This document shows, one piece after another, positions 48,260-58,495 of a stretch of 64,000 nt of DNA. How positions within the stretch are numbered: the stretch's first letter is position 1; each line of letters starts with the position of its first letter. The position numbers and the translations under genes are program-made. The notes beneath the pieces are model-generated. The model did no database searches and had not been told where the DNA came from. It saw nothing but the letters and a program-made list of their open reading frames with translations. Source of the stretch: Hydrogenophilales bacterium (GTDB taxonomy: Bacteria > Pseudomonadota > Gammaproteobacteria > Burkholderiales > Eutrophovitaceae); NCBI GenBank assembly GCA_902601765.1, contig CACKOO010000001.1, positions 91,839-155,838 on the forward strand, read 5' to 3'.

Positions 48260-49051
48260 CTACTTTCCCAAGAATTGTGGCTTACGTTTCTCAGTAAATG
48301 CTTTTACCCCTTCACTACCATCCCGGGATTTCGCCATTTCAGCTATAAACCTAGTCTCACGCTCCATCTGTGATTCTAGGCTATCGTTTGGTGACATCAT
48401 CACTAATTTTTTGATTCCACCAAAAGCTTTTGTAGGACCATTAGCGATCATGGTTGCTAACTTATGGACTTCGCTTGCTAAATTTTCAGAGCTAGTAACT
48501 TGATTGATGATTCCCCAGTCTAGTGCCTCAGCTGCGGAAAGAACTCGGTTTGTAAGATAGAGTTCCAAGACTCTTTTTCGTCCCAGAATTCTAGGTAGGA
48601 AAAAAGTAGAACTTCCATCTGGAGTAAAACCGATTCTAGTGTAGGCACTGGTGAAAGTTGCAGATTCGCTAGCGATCGCCAAGTCACAGCAAGCAACAAA
48701 ACTTAACCCTGCTCCCGCGGCTACCCCATTCACCTCAGCTATGACTGGCGCTTCAAACCAAGCGAGCCTTGATATTGCCACATGCAAATAGCTCGTCATT
48801 TCGCGAACCATACCGTCGACATTATCACCAGCTTCAGCAAATTCGGAAACGTCCCCGCCAGCACAAAAAGCTTTATCCCCGCTCCCTCGTAAAATAACAG
48901 CTCTAATATTTTTATCGAGATATAGTTGATTAACAATTTCATGAAGTTGAGCAACTGCAGACGAATTAATCGCATTAAAAGATTCAGGTCGATTAAACGT
49001 TATTCGAGCTATGGAATCTTGAATATCAAAAGTGAGAGGATCACTGTTCAT
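48260..49051 (-). CDS. enoyl-CoA hydratase/isomerase family protein
   Basis: Crotonase fold with AFCAGGDV and NGVAAGAGLSFVACCDLAIA. Confidence 0.88.
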   Translation of the reverse strand: MNSDPLTFDIQDSIARITFNRPESFNAINSSAVAQLHEIVNQLYLDKNIRAVILRGSGDKAFCAGGDVSEFAEAGDNVDGMVREMTSYLHVAISRLAWFEAPVIAEVNGVAAGAGLSFVACCDLAIASESATFTSAYTRIGFTPDGSSTFFLPRILGRKRVLELYLTNRVLSAAEALDWGIINQVTSSENLASEVHKLATMIANGPTKAFGGIKKLVMMSPNDSLESQMERETRFIAEMAKSRDGSEGVKAFTEKRKPQFLGK

Positions 49052-49246
49052 TTGAGTCCTTAAGTTTTGTAGTTGAATGTAAAATTCATATGCTGCCGAA
49101 TTATGGTTTTAAGCATGGGGTAAATATGTGTCATATGTAATCTGTATAATTATGTAGTATATATAGACTTTAGGTTGAAAATCTTGCTAACTCAAGTGAC
49201 AATTATATTCGTGACACCAATTTGTTGCTAATTTGAGATATAAGTG

Positions 49247-49657
49247 ATGACAAGACTAACTGCATACGATAAAAAAATAGCTGAAATAAAGCGGATTCGA
49301 GAAAAGTCTGATCTGAAAATACAGAAATTGAAGGCTCAGGCGAATGACCTTAGATCGAAAGAGGTAAAGCCAATCATTTTATCTATTCTAGATTCAATGG
49401 CTCAATACGACATCACTTTAGAGGATATCCGAGAAGCAGTTCAAGTTGCTAATTCGTTCAGGAAAAAAAACAAAAGTTTAAAAATTAAGGGGAATGTTGC
49501 GACTAGAAATCGCCCCCGTAAACTAGATCCTAAATATTATAATCATTCCACTGGAGAGGCTTGGTCAGGGCGTGGCAAGCTTCCCAATTGGCTGCGCGAG
49601 GCCGAGAAAAAAGGAATCAATAGGGATAGTTTTTTAGTGAAAAATAAACCGCTTTGA
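49247..49657 (+). CDS. H-NS family nucleoid-associated protein
   Basis: Coiled-coil N-terminus and the C-terminal DNA-binding motif TGEAWSGRGKLPNWL. Very AT-rich upstream region. GTG 49244 is also possible. Confidence 0.75.
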   Translation: MTRLTAYDKKIAEIKRIREKSDLKIQKLKAQANDLRSKEVKPIILSILDSMAQYDITLEDIREAVQVANSFRKKNKSLKIKGNVATRNRPRKLDPKYYNHSTGEAWSGRGKLPNWLREAEKKGINRDSFLVKNKPL

Positions 49658-49742
49658 CACATCGAACTTCATTTACTCTTGAGTCAGTACATATGAGCCT
49701 TGGGAGAATTTTTCACGAGAACTTAAACCTAAAGAGGCCAGC

Positions 49743-50996
49743 ATGATATTTTCAAAGTGGTTGAAGTACTTGTTCACACTTGTGTTTACTCTTGTTCTAA
49801 GTAGTTGTGAAAATCCTCCAGATACTATCATGATAGGTTTTATTGACCCGTTATCCGGCCCTTTTGCCAACGTGGGGCTACACTTTCAGCGGGAGCTTGA
49901 GTTCGTGGTTGAGAGGATAAATGAACGAGGTGGAGTTTTGGAAGGTCAAAAGTTAGAGGTTATCGCCCTAGACGGGAAAGGTAAGCCAGAGGATTCTCTA
50001 ATCGCATTTCAACAAATAGTTGACAAACAAATTCGTTTTTTTGTCCAAGGAGCTTCATCTGCAGTTGCGGGCGTTCTTACGGATAAAGTGAGAAAACATA
50101 ATCAAAGAAACCCTGATTCAGCAATTGTGTATCTTAATTATGCAGCAGTCGATCCCGCACTGACGAATGAGAATTGTAACTTTTGGCATTTTCGCTTTGA
50201 TGCTGATGTTGATATGAAAATGCAAGCTCTAACTAACTTTATGGCGAAGCAAGATAAAGTACAAAAAGTATACTTAATAAATCAAGATTATTCGTTTGGG
50301 CATGCAGTTGCGAAGGCTGCAAAACAGATGCTCAAGGCTAAACGTCCGGATATTGAGATCGTTGGCGATGATTTACACCCAATGGGAAAAGTAAAAGATT
50401 TTATGCCCTATATTGCTAAAATTAAAGCATCCGGTGCGGATGCAGTTATAACTGGGAATTGGGGGACTGATGCTTCCTTACTGGTAAAAGCTAGCGAGGA
50501 GGCTGGATTGCCGGTAGATTTTTATACCTATTATGGTGGTTTTGTAGGTGTTCCATCGTCAATTGGCGAGTCCGGAATCGGTCGATTGAAGCAAGTTACT
50601 GGTTTCCATGCCAACGTTGGTATGGGGGCAGATGATTTAGTGGAGGCTTATAGAGTTAGATATCCGAATGCCAGCGATGATATCTTGTTGCTTACCCTGC
50701 TATATGCTGTAGAAATGTTGGTTCAGGCGATTGAAAAAAATCAATCTACCGACCCTTTTTTAGTGGCTAAGGCTTTAGAGGGTTCCAAATTTAATGGACC
50801 CATTGGCGAGGTTTGGATAAGGGAAGATAATCATCAGTTGTTGCAACCGGTTTATGTATCTACCCTTGGTGGAATAGGTGAGGAGGGCGTGAAGTATGAT
50901 GTCGAAAAGACTGGAATGGGTTTTAAAACAAAAGGACGAATTGAGGCTATTGACACTGTTCTTCCCACCACATGCAAGATGGAGCGGCCCAAATAA
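49743..50996 (+). CDS. ABC-transporter substrate-binding lipoprotein (LivK/type-1 periplasmic binding fold), orphan
   Basis: Lipobox LVLSSC. Contains IGFIDPLSGPFANVG... and YLINQDYSFGH. No permease or ATPase gene is adjacent. Confidence 0.78.
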   Translation: MIFSKWLKYLFTLVFTLVLSSCENPPDTIMIGFIDPLSGPFANVGLHFQRELEFVVERINERGGVLEGQKLEVIALDGKGKPEDSLIAFQQIVDKQIRFFVQGASSAVAGVLTDKVRKHNQRNPDSAIVYLNYAAVDPALTNENCNFWHFRFDADVDMKMQALTNFMAKQDKVQKVYLINQDYSFGHAVAKAAKQMLKAKRPDIEIVGDDLHPMGKVKDFMPYIAKIKASGADAVITGNWGTDASLLVKASEEAGLPVDFYTYYGGFVGVPSSIGESGIGRLKQVTGFHANVGMGADDLVEAYRVRYPNASDDILLLTLLYAVEMLVQAIEKNQSTDPFLVAKALEGSKFNGPIGEVWIREDNHQLLQPVYVSTLGGIGEEGVKYDVEKTGMGFKTKGRIEAIDTVLPTTCKMERPK

Positions 50997-51048
50997 AGCT
51001 ACTCATAGATAAATACTTATCAAAGGTTTTTTGAATACGGCAACACAA

Positions 51049-53238
51049 TCAGTTTGTATCTGCATTTTTTAATCGATTTATGCGAATTACTGCTGGAATT
51101 TTCCGAAGGCCCCGAACTACTTTGGCTAAATGCATGCGGTTTGCTACTTGAATCGTAAAAATAATGGAACTGTATGCAGATGAGTCACCGGGCTCCGCGA
51201 CAGCACTTTTAATGTTCGAATTGGTTCGGGTTATTTCAGAAGCTACCCTAGCGAGAACTCCTTGCTCTTCAGTTACAATTAAACTAATTTTTACTGTAAA
51301 TAATTTATCGGTATTTTTTGACCAAGCCACATCTAGAAGCTTTATATTGTCGTCAATTTTCCCCGTTAGTTTCTTACAGTCGTGAGTGTGGATGATGAGA
51401 CCAGTACCTTTTTTCATATAGCCAATTATTGGGTCACCAGGTATCGGGTTACAGCAACTTCCAAATTCAAGGCTCATCCCTTCAGAACCTCGAATCAAAA
51501 TTTTTTGTCCAGAATCCAGAACGTTACGAGCTATGTTTTCTTCTGTCTGCATGAGTAAGCTTCTTGCAACTACAATGGCTAGAGTTTTTCCTAATCCAAT
51601 ATCAGAAAGTATTTCGTTTTGTTTTTTATCATTAAACTTCTCTTCTATCGCGGCCCAAGGTTGCTTTGATATCTCGTGGTTTTGTGCGTGTAATGCCCGC
51701 AGTGCACCAGAGAGTATTTGCCGCCCTAGATGCACAGCTTCGTCATATTGCATATTTTTCAATCTATGTCGGATACTGTGTCTTGCTTTTGCAGTTACAA
51801 CAAACTCTAACCATGTACTGTTGGGTTTCGCATGGTTGGCAGTTATAATTTCTACTCTATCTCCGGTTTTTATAGGGGTCCGTAGTGAAACCAGTTCGTG
51901 ATTTATTTTAGCGGCTATTGTTTGGTTACCAATATCTGTATGTACCGCGTAGGCAAAATCCACACATGTTGCGTGATAAGGAAGTGACATAATTTCACCT
52001 TTTGGAGTTAGCACATATACCTCGTCAGGAAATAAATCTACTCGTAAATGTTCGAGAAATTCAGTAGAGCTTCCGGTCTCCATATGTATTTCTAAAAGAC
52101 TCTGTAACCATTCATGAGTTTTTGTTTGCAAATCAGTTAGAGAGGCTCCTCTCTCTTTGTACAGCCAATGTGATGCCAGTCCTGCTTCAGCAATCCCGTG
52201 CATTTCATTTGTGCGAATTTGCATTTCTATCGGAGTGCCATATGGCCCAAGCAGAGTAGTATGAAGTGATTGGTAACCGTTATTTTTGGGAATCGCTATA
52301 TAATCTTTGAATTTCCCAGGAATCGGCTTGTACATTTGATGAAGAGTTCCGAGTGCCAGATAACAGCTTGTTATATCATTTACAATCACCCTAAAACCAT
52401 AGATATCATAAACCTCAGCAAAAGAGAGAGCTTTTTCGCGCATCTTTCGATATACACTAAACGTATTTTTCTCTCGTCCCGATACAGAAGAATTAATTTC
52501 CTCCTCCTCAAGCTTTTTCTGTGTCTGAGTTAATATATTTTCAATAAGTTCGCGACGATTACCACGAGCTTTTTTTAAAGCTTTTGTAATAACCTTAAAT
52601 CTGTTTGGATATAAATGACGGAAAGAAAGCTCTTGTAATTCCTCGAATACGTTGTTTAATCCCAGCCGATTGGCAATCGGTGCGTATATTTCAGAAGTTT
52701 CTTGAGCAATGCGGAGTCTTTTTTTTCTATAAATAATGCTCAGTGTGCGCATATTGTGCAAACGATCAGCTAGTTTAATAAGTATTACTCTGACATCACG
52801 CGACATTGCCAGAAGCATTTTTCGAAAATTTTCCGCCTGCCGTTGTGCTTTCGACTCAAATTGTATTTGATCAAGCTTCGAGACACCATCTACAAGCTCT
52901 GCTACCACGTCACCAAATTTACTTTTAATTTCTTTTTTAGTGGTGCTTGTATCTTCCACGACATCGTGTAGCAGAGCAGCTGATAAAGTTTGCGCATCTA
53001 GTCTCCAGTTAGTCAGGATATGAGCCACTGAAGTAGGATGTGAAACATAAGGTTCCCCTGTTTTTCTAAATTGTCCTTTGTGGGCGGACTTGCTGAACTC
53101 ATATGCAGATTCTAGGAGAGCCAGATCGGAGTTGCTGAGATATACAGCAGCTTTTGCGAAAAGCGCTAATTTAGCAGGGGTATCAGAGCTGGCGATTAAT
53201 CTATTCGATATTTCATTGCTATTTGAGGTTTCCATCAA
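51049..53238 (-). CDS. spoT: bifunctional (p)ppGpp synthetase/hydrolase
   Basis: HD domain (HPTSVAHIL...LLHDVVEDT), synthetase domain (YQSLHTTL...IEMQIRT), plus TGS and ACT regions, 729 aa. Confidence 0.93.
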   Translation of the reverse strand: MMETSNSNEISNRLIASSDTPAKLALFAKAAVYLSNSDLALLESAYEFSKSAHKGQFRKTGEPYVSHPTSVAHILTNWRLDAQTLSAALLHDVVEDTSTTKKEIKSKFGDVVAELVDGVSKLDQIQFESKAQRQAENFRKMLLAMSRDVRVILIKLADRLHNMRTLSIIYRKKRLRIAQETSEIYAPIANRLGLNNVFEELQELSFRHLYPNRFKVITKALKKARGNRRELIENILTQTQKKLEEEEINSSVSGREKNTFSVYRKMREKALSFAEVYDIYGFRVIVNDITSCYLALGTLHQMYKPIPGKFKDYIAIPKNNGYQSLHTTLLGPYGTPIEMQIRTNEMHGIAEAGLASHWLYKERGASLTDLQTKTHEWLQSLLEIHMETGSSTEFLEHLRVDLFPDEVYVLTPKGEIMSLPYHATCVDFAYAVHTDIGNQTIAAKINHELVSLRTPIKTGDRVEIITANHAKPNSTWLEFVVTAKARHSIRHRLKNMQYDEAVHLGRQILSGALRALHAQNHEISKQPWAAIEEKFNDKKQNEILSDIGLGKTLAIVVARSLLMQTEENIARNVLDSGQKILIRGSEGMSLEFGSCCNPIPGDPIIGYMKKGTGLIIHTHDCKKLTGKIDDNIKLLDVAWSKNTDKLFTVKISLIVTEEQGVLARVASEITRTNSNIKSAVAEPGDSSAYSSIIFTIQVANRMHLAKVVRGLRKIPAVIRINRLKNADTN

Positions 53239-53274
53239 GTTGTATGCTCCCGATGGTAGATGAATTGAACCGAT

Positions 53275-53484
53275 TTACTCTTGCGTTTTCACCGTTAGAA
53301 TTTCTTCACCCACCTTGCCGGCTGCAATCTCTCTAAGCGCAGTTACCGTTGGTTTATCATTGAAAGACTCTACTTGTTGCTCCGCGCCTGTCGCTAATTG
53401 CCTAGCACGTACTGTGGCTACCAAGGTTAGCTGGAATCGATTTGGTATTCTTTGCAAACAATCATCTACGGTAATCCTAGCCAT
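53275..53484 (-). CDS. rpoZ: RNA polymerase subunit omega
   Basis: [19 protein letters not shown]..., 69 aa. Confidence 0.93.
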   Translation of the reverse strand: MARITVDDCLQRIPNRFQLTLVATVRARQLATGAEQQVESFNDKPTVTALREIAAGKVGEEILTVKTQE

Positions 53485-53492
53485 TTGTTTCC

Positions 53493-54089
53493 TTATTTAA
53501 TCGCTTTGTTTATATTTTCAATTTGCATGGGTGTTTTGAGTCTTTCTGCTTGCAAAATTGAAGTAAATTGCTGGACAGCTTCATCCAACTGATGATTTAT
53601 AATAACATAATCAAATTCACTTATATGAGCTATTTCGTTTTCAATTAGATTAAGTCGTTTTTTGATTACCTCGTCACTATCTTGATCGCGAAATACAAGT
53701 CTTTTTCTGAGTTCCGATTTTGATGGCGGAAGCACAAAAATACTCACAGAATTTTCCAAATTTCTGCGAATTTGCTGCGCTCCTATACAATCTATCTCTA
53801 GAAGGATGTCAGTTCCTTTAGACAACGTATCTTTTACCCATTGTCGAGTTGTACCGTAGTGATTATCGTATACCTTAGCATTTTCTATAAATTTTCGAGA
53901 TTTCGATAAATCGAAAAATTCTTTTTCGTCCACGAAGTAGTAATCAATTCCATCTGTCTCTCCTGGCCTCCGTTGCCTAGTTGTGTGTGAGATTGACAGC
54001 ATAATACCGCTATCACTTTCAATGACCTTCTTTGCGATTGTAGTTTTCCCAGCGCCTGATGGTGCGCATAAAATAAATACTTTAGCCAT
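53493..54089 (-). CDS. gmk: guanylate kinase
   Basis: P-loop [26 protein letters not shown]. Confidence 0.93.
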   Translation of the reverse strand: MAKVFILCAPSGAGKTTIAKKVIESDSGIMLSISHTTRQRRPGETDGIDYYFVDEKEFFDLSKSRKFIENAKVYDNHYGTTRQWVKDTLSKGTDILLEIDCIGAQQIRRNLENSVSIFVLPPSKSELRKRLVFRDQDSDEVIKKRLNLIENEIAHISEFDYVIINHQLDEAVQQFTSILQAERLKTPMQIENINKAIK

Positions 54090-54961
54090 TATTCTATATT
54101 TTGGAACTGCTCTCTCAATTGCTCAATTAATGTTTTAATTTCAATAGCTATTTTGGTAATCTCGACGTCTATCGACTTTGCGCTGAGTGTGTTGGTTTCT
54201 CGGTTTAATTCTTGCGCCAAAAAGTCTAATTTTTTACCACACACTCCGCCTTTTATAAATATATTGCTTACCTCTTTTAGGTGGACTTTAAGCCTTTGAA
54301 GCTCTTCGTCAAGATCCGTTTTAGCCGCAAAAAAAATTAATTCCTGCTGGAGTCTATCTTGATCTGGGTTAACTTTAGCCTCTTCAAATTTTGTTAAAAT
54401 TCTTTTGTGATTTTTAGAAATAAGATTTGGCAAAAGTGGCTCGAGTTGGGCCACAAGTTTATTGATGTTTTCTATACGAAGTTTCAGAATTTGTCCTAAA
54501 GAGTCTCCTTCACGTATTTTTTCTTTCAAAAGGTCACCAAGCGAACTTTTCAAAAGCTCTATGGCAGCTTCACTTAGCTCATCTGATGAAAGGTTATCCT
54601 CTGATAATACGCCGGGCCAGCGAAGTGCTTCGTGTACTGATATCGGTTGTGCGTCTCTTAGAACAGTTTTAATTTGATCGGACAAATTTTTAATTTTGGA
54701 TAGTATTAACTTATTTACTTTCAGATTCTCATTTTCCGATGGAGAGGATTTTAAAGTTAAACGGCAATCAATTTTTCCTCTGGTCAGTTGACTTATGATC
54801 AGTTTCCTAAACGTGGGCTCGAGAAAACGTAGTTCCTCTGATATTCGGAACTGCAAATCTAGATGTCTGTGATTAACCGAGCGAATATCCAAGGCAATAG
54901 ATCCCCCAGGAATGTTCCTTATTCCAGCTGCATAACCAGTCATGCTAAAAATAGTTCCCAT
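54089..54961 (-). CDS. yicC: YicC family stress-induced protein
   Basis: SMTGYA..., RSVNHRHLD, and a conserved C-terminus REQFQNIE. Confidence 0.88.
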   Translation of the reverse strand: MGTIFSMTGYAAGIRNIPGGSIALDIRSVNHRHLDLQFRISEELRFLEPTFRKLIISQLTRGKIDCRLTLKSSPSENENLKVNKLILSKIKNLSDQIKTVLRDAQPISVHEALRWPGVLSEDNLSSDELSEAAIELLKSSLGDLLKEKIREGDSLGQILKLRIENINKLVAQLEPLLPNLISKNHKRILTKFEEAKVNPDQDRLQQELIFFAAKTDLDEELQRLKVHLKEVSNIFIKGGVCGKKLDFLAQELNRETNTLSAKSIDVEITKIAIEIKTLIEQLREQFQNIE

Positions 54962-55115
54962 TAATATTTACACCTTTAGTTAATTTAAGGTTCAAGAAAA
55001 AAATAGTTTTTGACGAAAAAATTTTCCATTTCTTTGGTAGACCTTGATATGCTTTAGACTTAGAATGCAGGTAGAGAGATATTAAGTCAATATATCAGTT
55101 TTTCCTGGAGGTGAA

Positions 55116-55844
55116 ATGCGACTAAGCGGACGCAATAGTGACCAACTGAGAGAAGTAAAATTCCAACGTCATTACACAAAGTATGCCGAGGGATCAGTAT
55201 TAGTAGAGTTTGGCGACACTATCGTGCTTTGTAACGCAAGCGTTGAACGCAAAATTCCAAATTTTTTAAAAGGGAGAGGGCAAGGTTGGCTTACGGCTGA
55301 ATATAGCATGCTTCCCCGCGCGACAAATTCAAGGTCGGCCAGAGAGGTAACCCGAGGAAAGCCGTCAGGAAGAACGATGGAAATCCAACGGCTAATTGGT
55401 CGGAGTTTAAGGGCCATTATTGATTTAGAAAAGCTTGGAGAAAATACAATTCATATAGATTGCGACGTACTTCAAGCTGATGGTGGTACTCGAACAGCCT
55501 CAATATCAGGAGCGTTTGTGGCTCTGTATGATGCTGTAGAGTCACTCTTATCTCAGAAATTAATAATTGTTTCCCCGATAAATCAGTTTGTAGCTGCCAT
55601 CTCCGTCGGGATGTTTAAAGGAAGTGCAATTCTTGATTTAGATTATAGGGAGGATTCAAATTGTGACACCGATATGAATTTAGTAATGACAAGTAGTGGT
55701 CAATTTATAGAAATTCAAGGTACTGCGGAGGGGGCTCCATTTAAAAAAAGCGAATTAGATGAAATGTTGAGAGTAGGAAAAATTGGGGTCGATCAATTGA
55801 TTCAGTATCAGAAAGATGTATTAAAGTTGAATGGAAAAAATTAA
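55116..55844 (+). CDS. rph: ribonuclease PH
   Basis: [12 protein letters not shown]..., [26 protein letters not shown]. Confidence 0.95.
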   Translation: MRLSGRNSDQLREVKFQRHYTKYAEGSVLVEFGDTIVLCNASVERKIPNFLKGRGQGWLTAEYSMLPRATNSRSAREVTRGKPSGRTMEIQRLIGRSLRAIIDLEKLGENTIHIDCDVLQADGGTRTASISGAFVALYDAVESLLSQKLIIVSPINQFVAAISVGMFKGSAILDLDYREDSNCDTDMNLVMTSSGQFIEIQGTAEGAPFKKSELDEMLRVGKIGVDQLIQYQKDVLKLNGKN

Positions 55845-55880
55845 TGAATATCCAAATACGTTAAAAACCCAATTTCTAAT

Positions 55881-56477
55881 ATGTTTTCTCTCAATAAAAT
55901 CTTAGTTGCCTCTAGTAATACGGGAAAAGTAAAAGAGTTTGAACAAATCTTAGGTCTAGCTGGATTAGATGTGATTTCACAAGCCTCACTTCAGGTTCCA
56001 TCTGCTCCAGAGCCTTACGGTACATTTGTTGAAAATGCACTTTCGAAAGCCAGAAACGCTGGGAAATATACCGATTTTCCTGTGATTTCAGATGACTCTG
56101 GTATCTGTGTTAAGAATTTAGACGGAAGACCTGGGGTCAGATCGGCTCGGTATGCCCACAGTAAAGCTTCCGATGAAGAAAACAATTCGTTTTTATTAGA
56201 AAAAATGTCTGGAGAGTCCGACAGGGAAGCATATTTTTATTGTGTAATCGTAATATTAGCTAAGCCCACCGACCCTGCCCCTTTGATCGCATTTGGAAAA
56301 TGGAGCGGAGAAATTTTAAAGGCTCCTCGAGGTAAGGGGGGGTTCGGATATGATTCTATATTTTTTGATCCCAAGCTAGGAAAGTCTGCAGCAGAATTAT
56401 CATCATCAGAAAAAAACACTGTAAGCCACCGAGGATGTGCAATGAAAAACTTGCTGAAGCTAATTAATTCAGAATGA
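55881..56477 (+). CDS. rdgB: dITP/XTP pyrophosphatase (Ham1/RdgB)
   Basis: ASSNTGKVKEF, SDDSGICV, GFGYDSIF, HRG. Confidence 0.9.
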   Translation: MFSLNKILVASSNTGKVKEFEQILGLAGLDVISQASLQVPSAPEPYGTFVENALSKARNAGKYTDFPVISDDSGICVKNLDGRPGVRSARYAHSKASDEENNSFLLEKMSGESDREAYFYCVIVILAKPTDPAPLIAFGKWSGEILKAPRGKGGFGYDSIFFDPKLGKSAAELSSSEKNTVSHRGCAMKNLLKLINSE

Positions 56478-56494
56478 GGAAATTAATTGCTAAC

Positions 56495-57289
56495 CTATAT
56501 ATTCAGATAACCTACCTTTATAGGATTCCCCCAAAAAGTTTCAAACTTCGATGAGTCATTTTTTATACTATTGGTGGTCCAAAATTCTATTTTAGAATTT
56601 TTCTCGTTTGATAAGAGCTTTTGTCGACTGAGTCTATATTTCAGCTCGTCTATTACAGGTTTACTTGTATCAATAAGAGTAACGGAATCTCCTACAATGT
56701 CTCGAATAGCTTTTTTAACGAAAGAATAGTGAGTACACCCTAGGGCTAATACATCCACACCCTGACTGAGCATTGGTTCGACATACATTTTTATTAATTT
56801 GTGAGTCTTGGCTTCGTGATGATTTCCGTTCTCTATCGACTCAACTAATCCTGGACATGGCTGAACTAGTACTTTTATACCCTCACCAAACGTTTGTACC
56901 AATTTATTCAAGCGTAAGCTTTCGGTCGTCGCATCTGTAGCGAGTATTCCAATTACCTTAGTTTTTGTGAGTTTTGCCGCTGGTTTTACGGCAGGCTCTA
57001 CTCCTATAAATATAGTTTCGCGGTACGTCTCTCTCAAAAAATCAATTGCCGTTGCTGTAGCCGTATTACAAGCAATAACAATAGCCTTTACATCACATTT
57101 TATGAAAAACTCAGTTATCATTTTGGCTCTTTCGCGTACTTTCTCGGTAGTTTTGTCACCGTAAGGAAGGTAGGCTTCATCTGCTACGTATAACCAAGCT
57201 TCGTTTGGTAGTTGCCAGTACCCTGCCTTTAAAAGAGAAAGTCCACCAATCCCTGAGTCAAACACACCAATCCGCTTATTCTTTTGCAT
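56495..57289 (-). CDS. murI: glutamate racemase
   Basis: IGVFDSGIGGLS, IACNTATA, LGCTHY. Confidence 0.92.
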   Translation of the reverse strand: MQKNKRIGVFDSGIGGLSLLKAGYWQLPNEAWLYVADEAYLPYGDKTTEKVRERAKMITEFFIKCDVKAIVIACNTATATAIDFLRETYRETIFIGVEPAVKPAAKLTKTKVIGILATDATTESLRLNKLVQTFGEGIKVLVQPCPGLVESIENGNHHEAKTHKLIKMYVEPMLSQGVDVLALGCTHYSFVKKAIRDIVGDSVTLIDTSKPVIDELKYRLSRQKLLSNEKNSKIEFWTTNSIKNDSSKFETFWGNPIKVGYLNI

Positions 57290-57341
57290 CTATGTAAATC
57301 CCCGAGGCCCATTAATTTTTGTATTCAACATACCGTGGGTC

Positions 57342-58406
57342 TTATTTTTGAACCTCCAAAATGGTAAATCCCTCACCAATTATCTTTCGACCGATTTTCT
57401 TTGTAAATCCAGCGGTAAGCAGGAGGTTTTCTTGGATATTTTTCGTGGGAATGATATTTCCCCAAGTGACCTCTTCAAACGCAGTTTGAATAGGAAATTG
57501 ATATTCAGCTTTTCGATAATCTTCGGTTTCGCTGGGATACGTTTCATCCACAATTAAAAGCCATCCCTCTGGCTTTAAGAGCTTAAAGATATCCCCAATA
57601 GTTTCCTGCCTAACCTCGGGTGATATTTCATGTAACACCTCAACCATGAGAATCGCATCAAAAGAGGATTGCTCGCCAGATTCAATAACGTCCCCTTGGA
57701 CTATCCTGACTTGACTTTCAAGTTGTAGTTCATTCAGTTTTTCCCGGGCAATATTTATCCCAGTATTATCAATGTCTACGCCAACTATTGAACTCTTAGG
57801 CCATGCTTTTGCTAGACGAAATACTAGCCTTCCCGTGCCACAACCTATGTCGAGAATATTACAATCGGTTTTTAGTTTCTGCTTCATACCAGGTAAACTC
57901 GGAAGTAACTTATGTGTGGTCAAAACGTGAAGCCCTGAAATTGCGCTTCCAACAGTATCAGCAAAATGATTGCTTCGATTTTGAAAGGGCACTGTAGAGC
58001 CGTCTCTAAATGCGGTAGTACTGAATTCAAAATCTTTGGCGGCAAAATCCGTTCCAAGTTTTATGTACCCTCCTAAAAAACTCGGGTCTTTTTCATCCGC
58101 TAGTATTTTATCAAAATGCTCCGCAAGACGATATTCCACACAATTATCTGTTTCTAAAATTCTTGCTGCGAACGCTGTTTTGCACCAAACCTCTACATAT
58201 GGGATGTGAAGAGACAACGATTCTGAGATTTCTTTGGGGTTACTATTTGGGGCTTTCCTAAGAAACTTAAATAATCCGAGGTCCATCCCAAGGCTGATTA
58301 AATAAATTATATTAAAACCTCTGCGCCATTCGAAGATCTTCGACACTTGTTCGTCAGAACTTAAAGATTTGGACCATGATTTATCGTTCATAGTTTTCCT
58401 GATCAC
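57342..58406 (-). CDS. class I SAM-dependent methyltransferase with an N-terminal winged-helix-like domain, substrate unknown
   Basis: SAM motif I ILDIGCGTGRL, DVIESG..FDAILMVEVLHE, and LKPEGWLLIVD. About 170 aa of helical N-terminal domain. Confidence 0.7.
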   Translation of the reverse strand: MIRKTMNDKSWSKSLSSDEQVSKIFEWRRGFNIIYLISLGMDLGLFKFLRKAPNSNPKEISESLSLHIPYVEVWCKTAFAARILETDNCVEYRLAEHFDKILADEKDPSFLGGYIKLGTDFAAKDFEFSTTAFRDGSTVPFQNRSNHFADTVGSAISGLHVLTTHKLLPSLPGMKQKLKTDCNILDIGCGTGRLVFRLAKAWPKSSIVGVDIDNTGINIAREKLNELQLESQVRIVQGDVIESGEQSSFDAILMVEVLHEISPEVRQETIGDIFKLLKPEGWLLIVDETYPSETEDYRKAEYQFPIQTAFEEVTWGNIIPTKNIQENLLLTAGFTKKIGRKIIGEGFTILEVQK

Positions 58407-58495
58407 TAGAAAAATTTATCGGAACTAATTTCTACCAGACTGTTTATAATGGTACAACTAAAATACTAATCACGTATAAAATTTGGCAAGAAAAG

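Noticed and set aside
33430-51000. A direct repeat of the tRNA-Lys 3' end (att site), an integrase or a transposase that would delimit a classical genomic island.
   Set aside because: No second copy of GGTTCGAGTCCCTGACCGCCTACCA, nor of its last ~15 nt, was seen by eye in the spacers at 39.0, 41.2, 47.5, 49.1 or 51.0 kb. No recombinase-like ORF is present. The island idea is therefore kept only as an inference.
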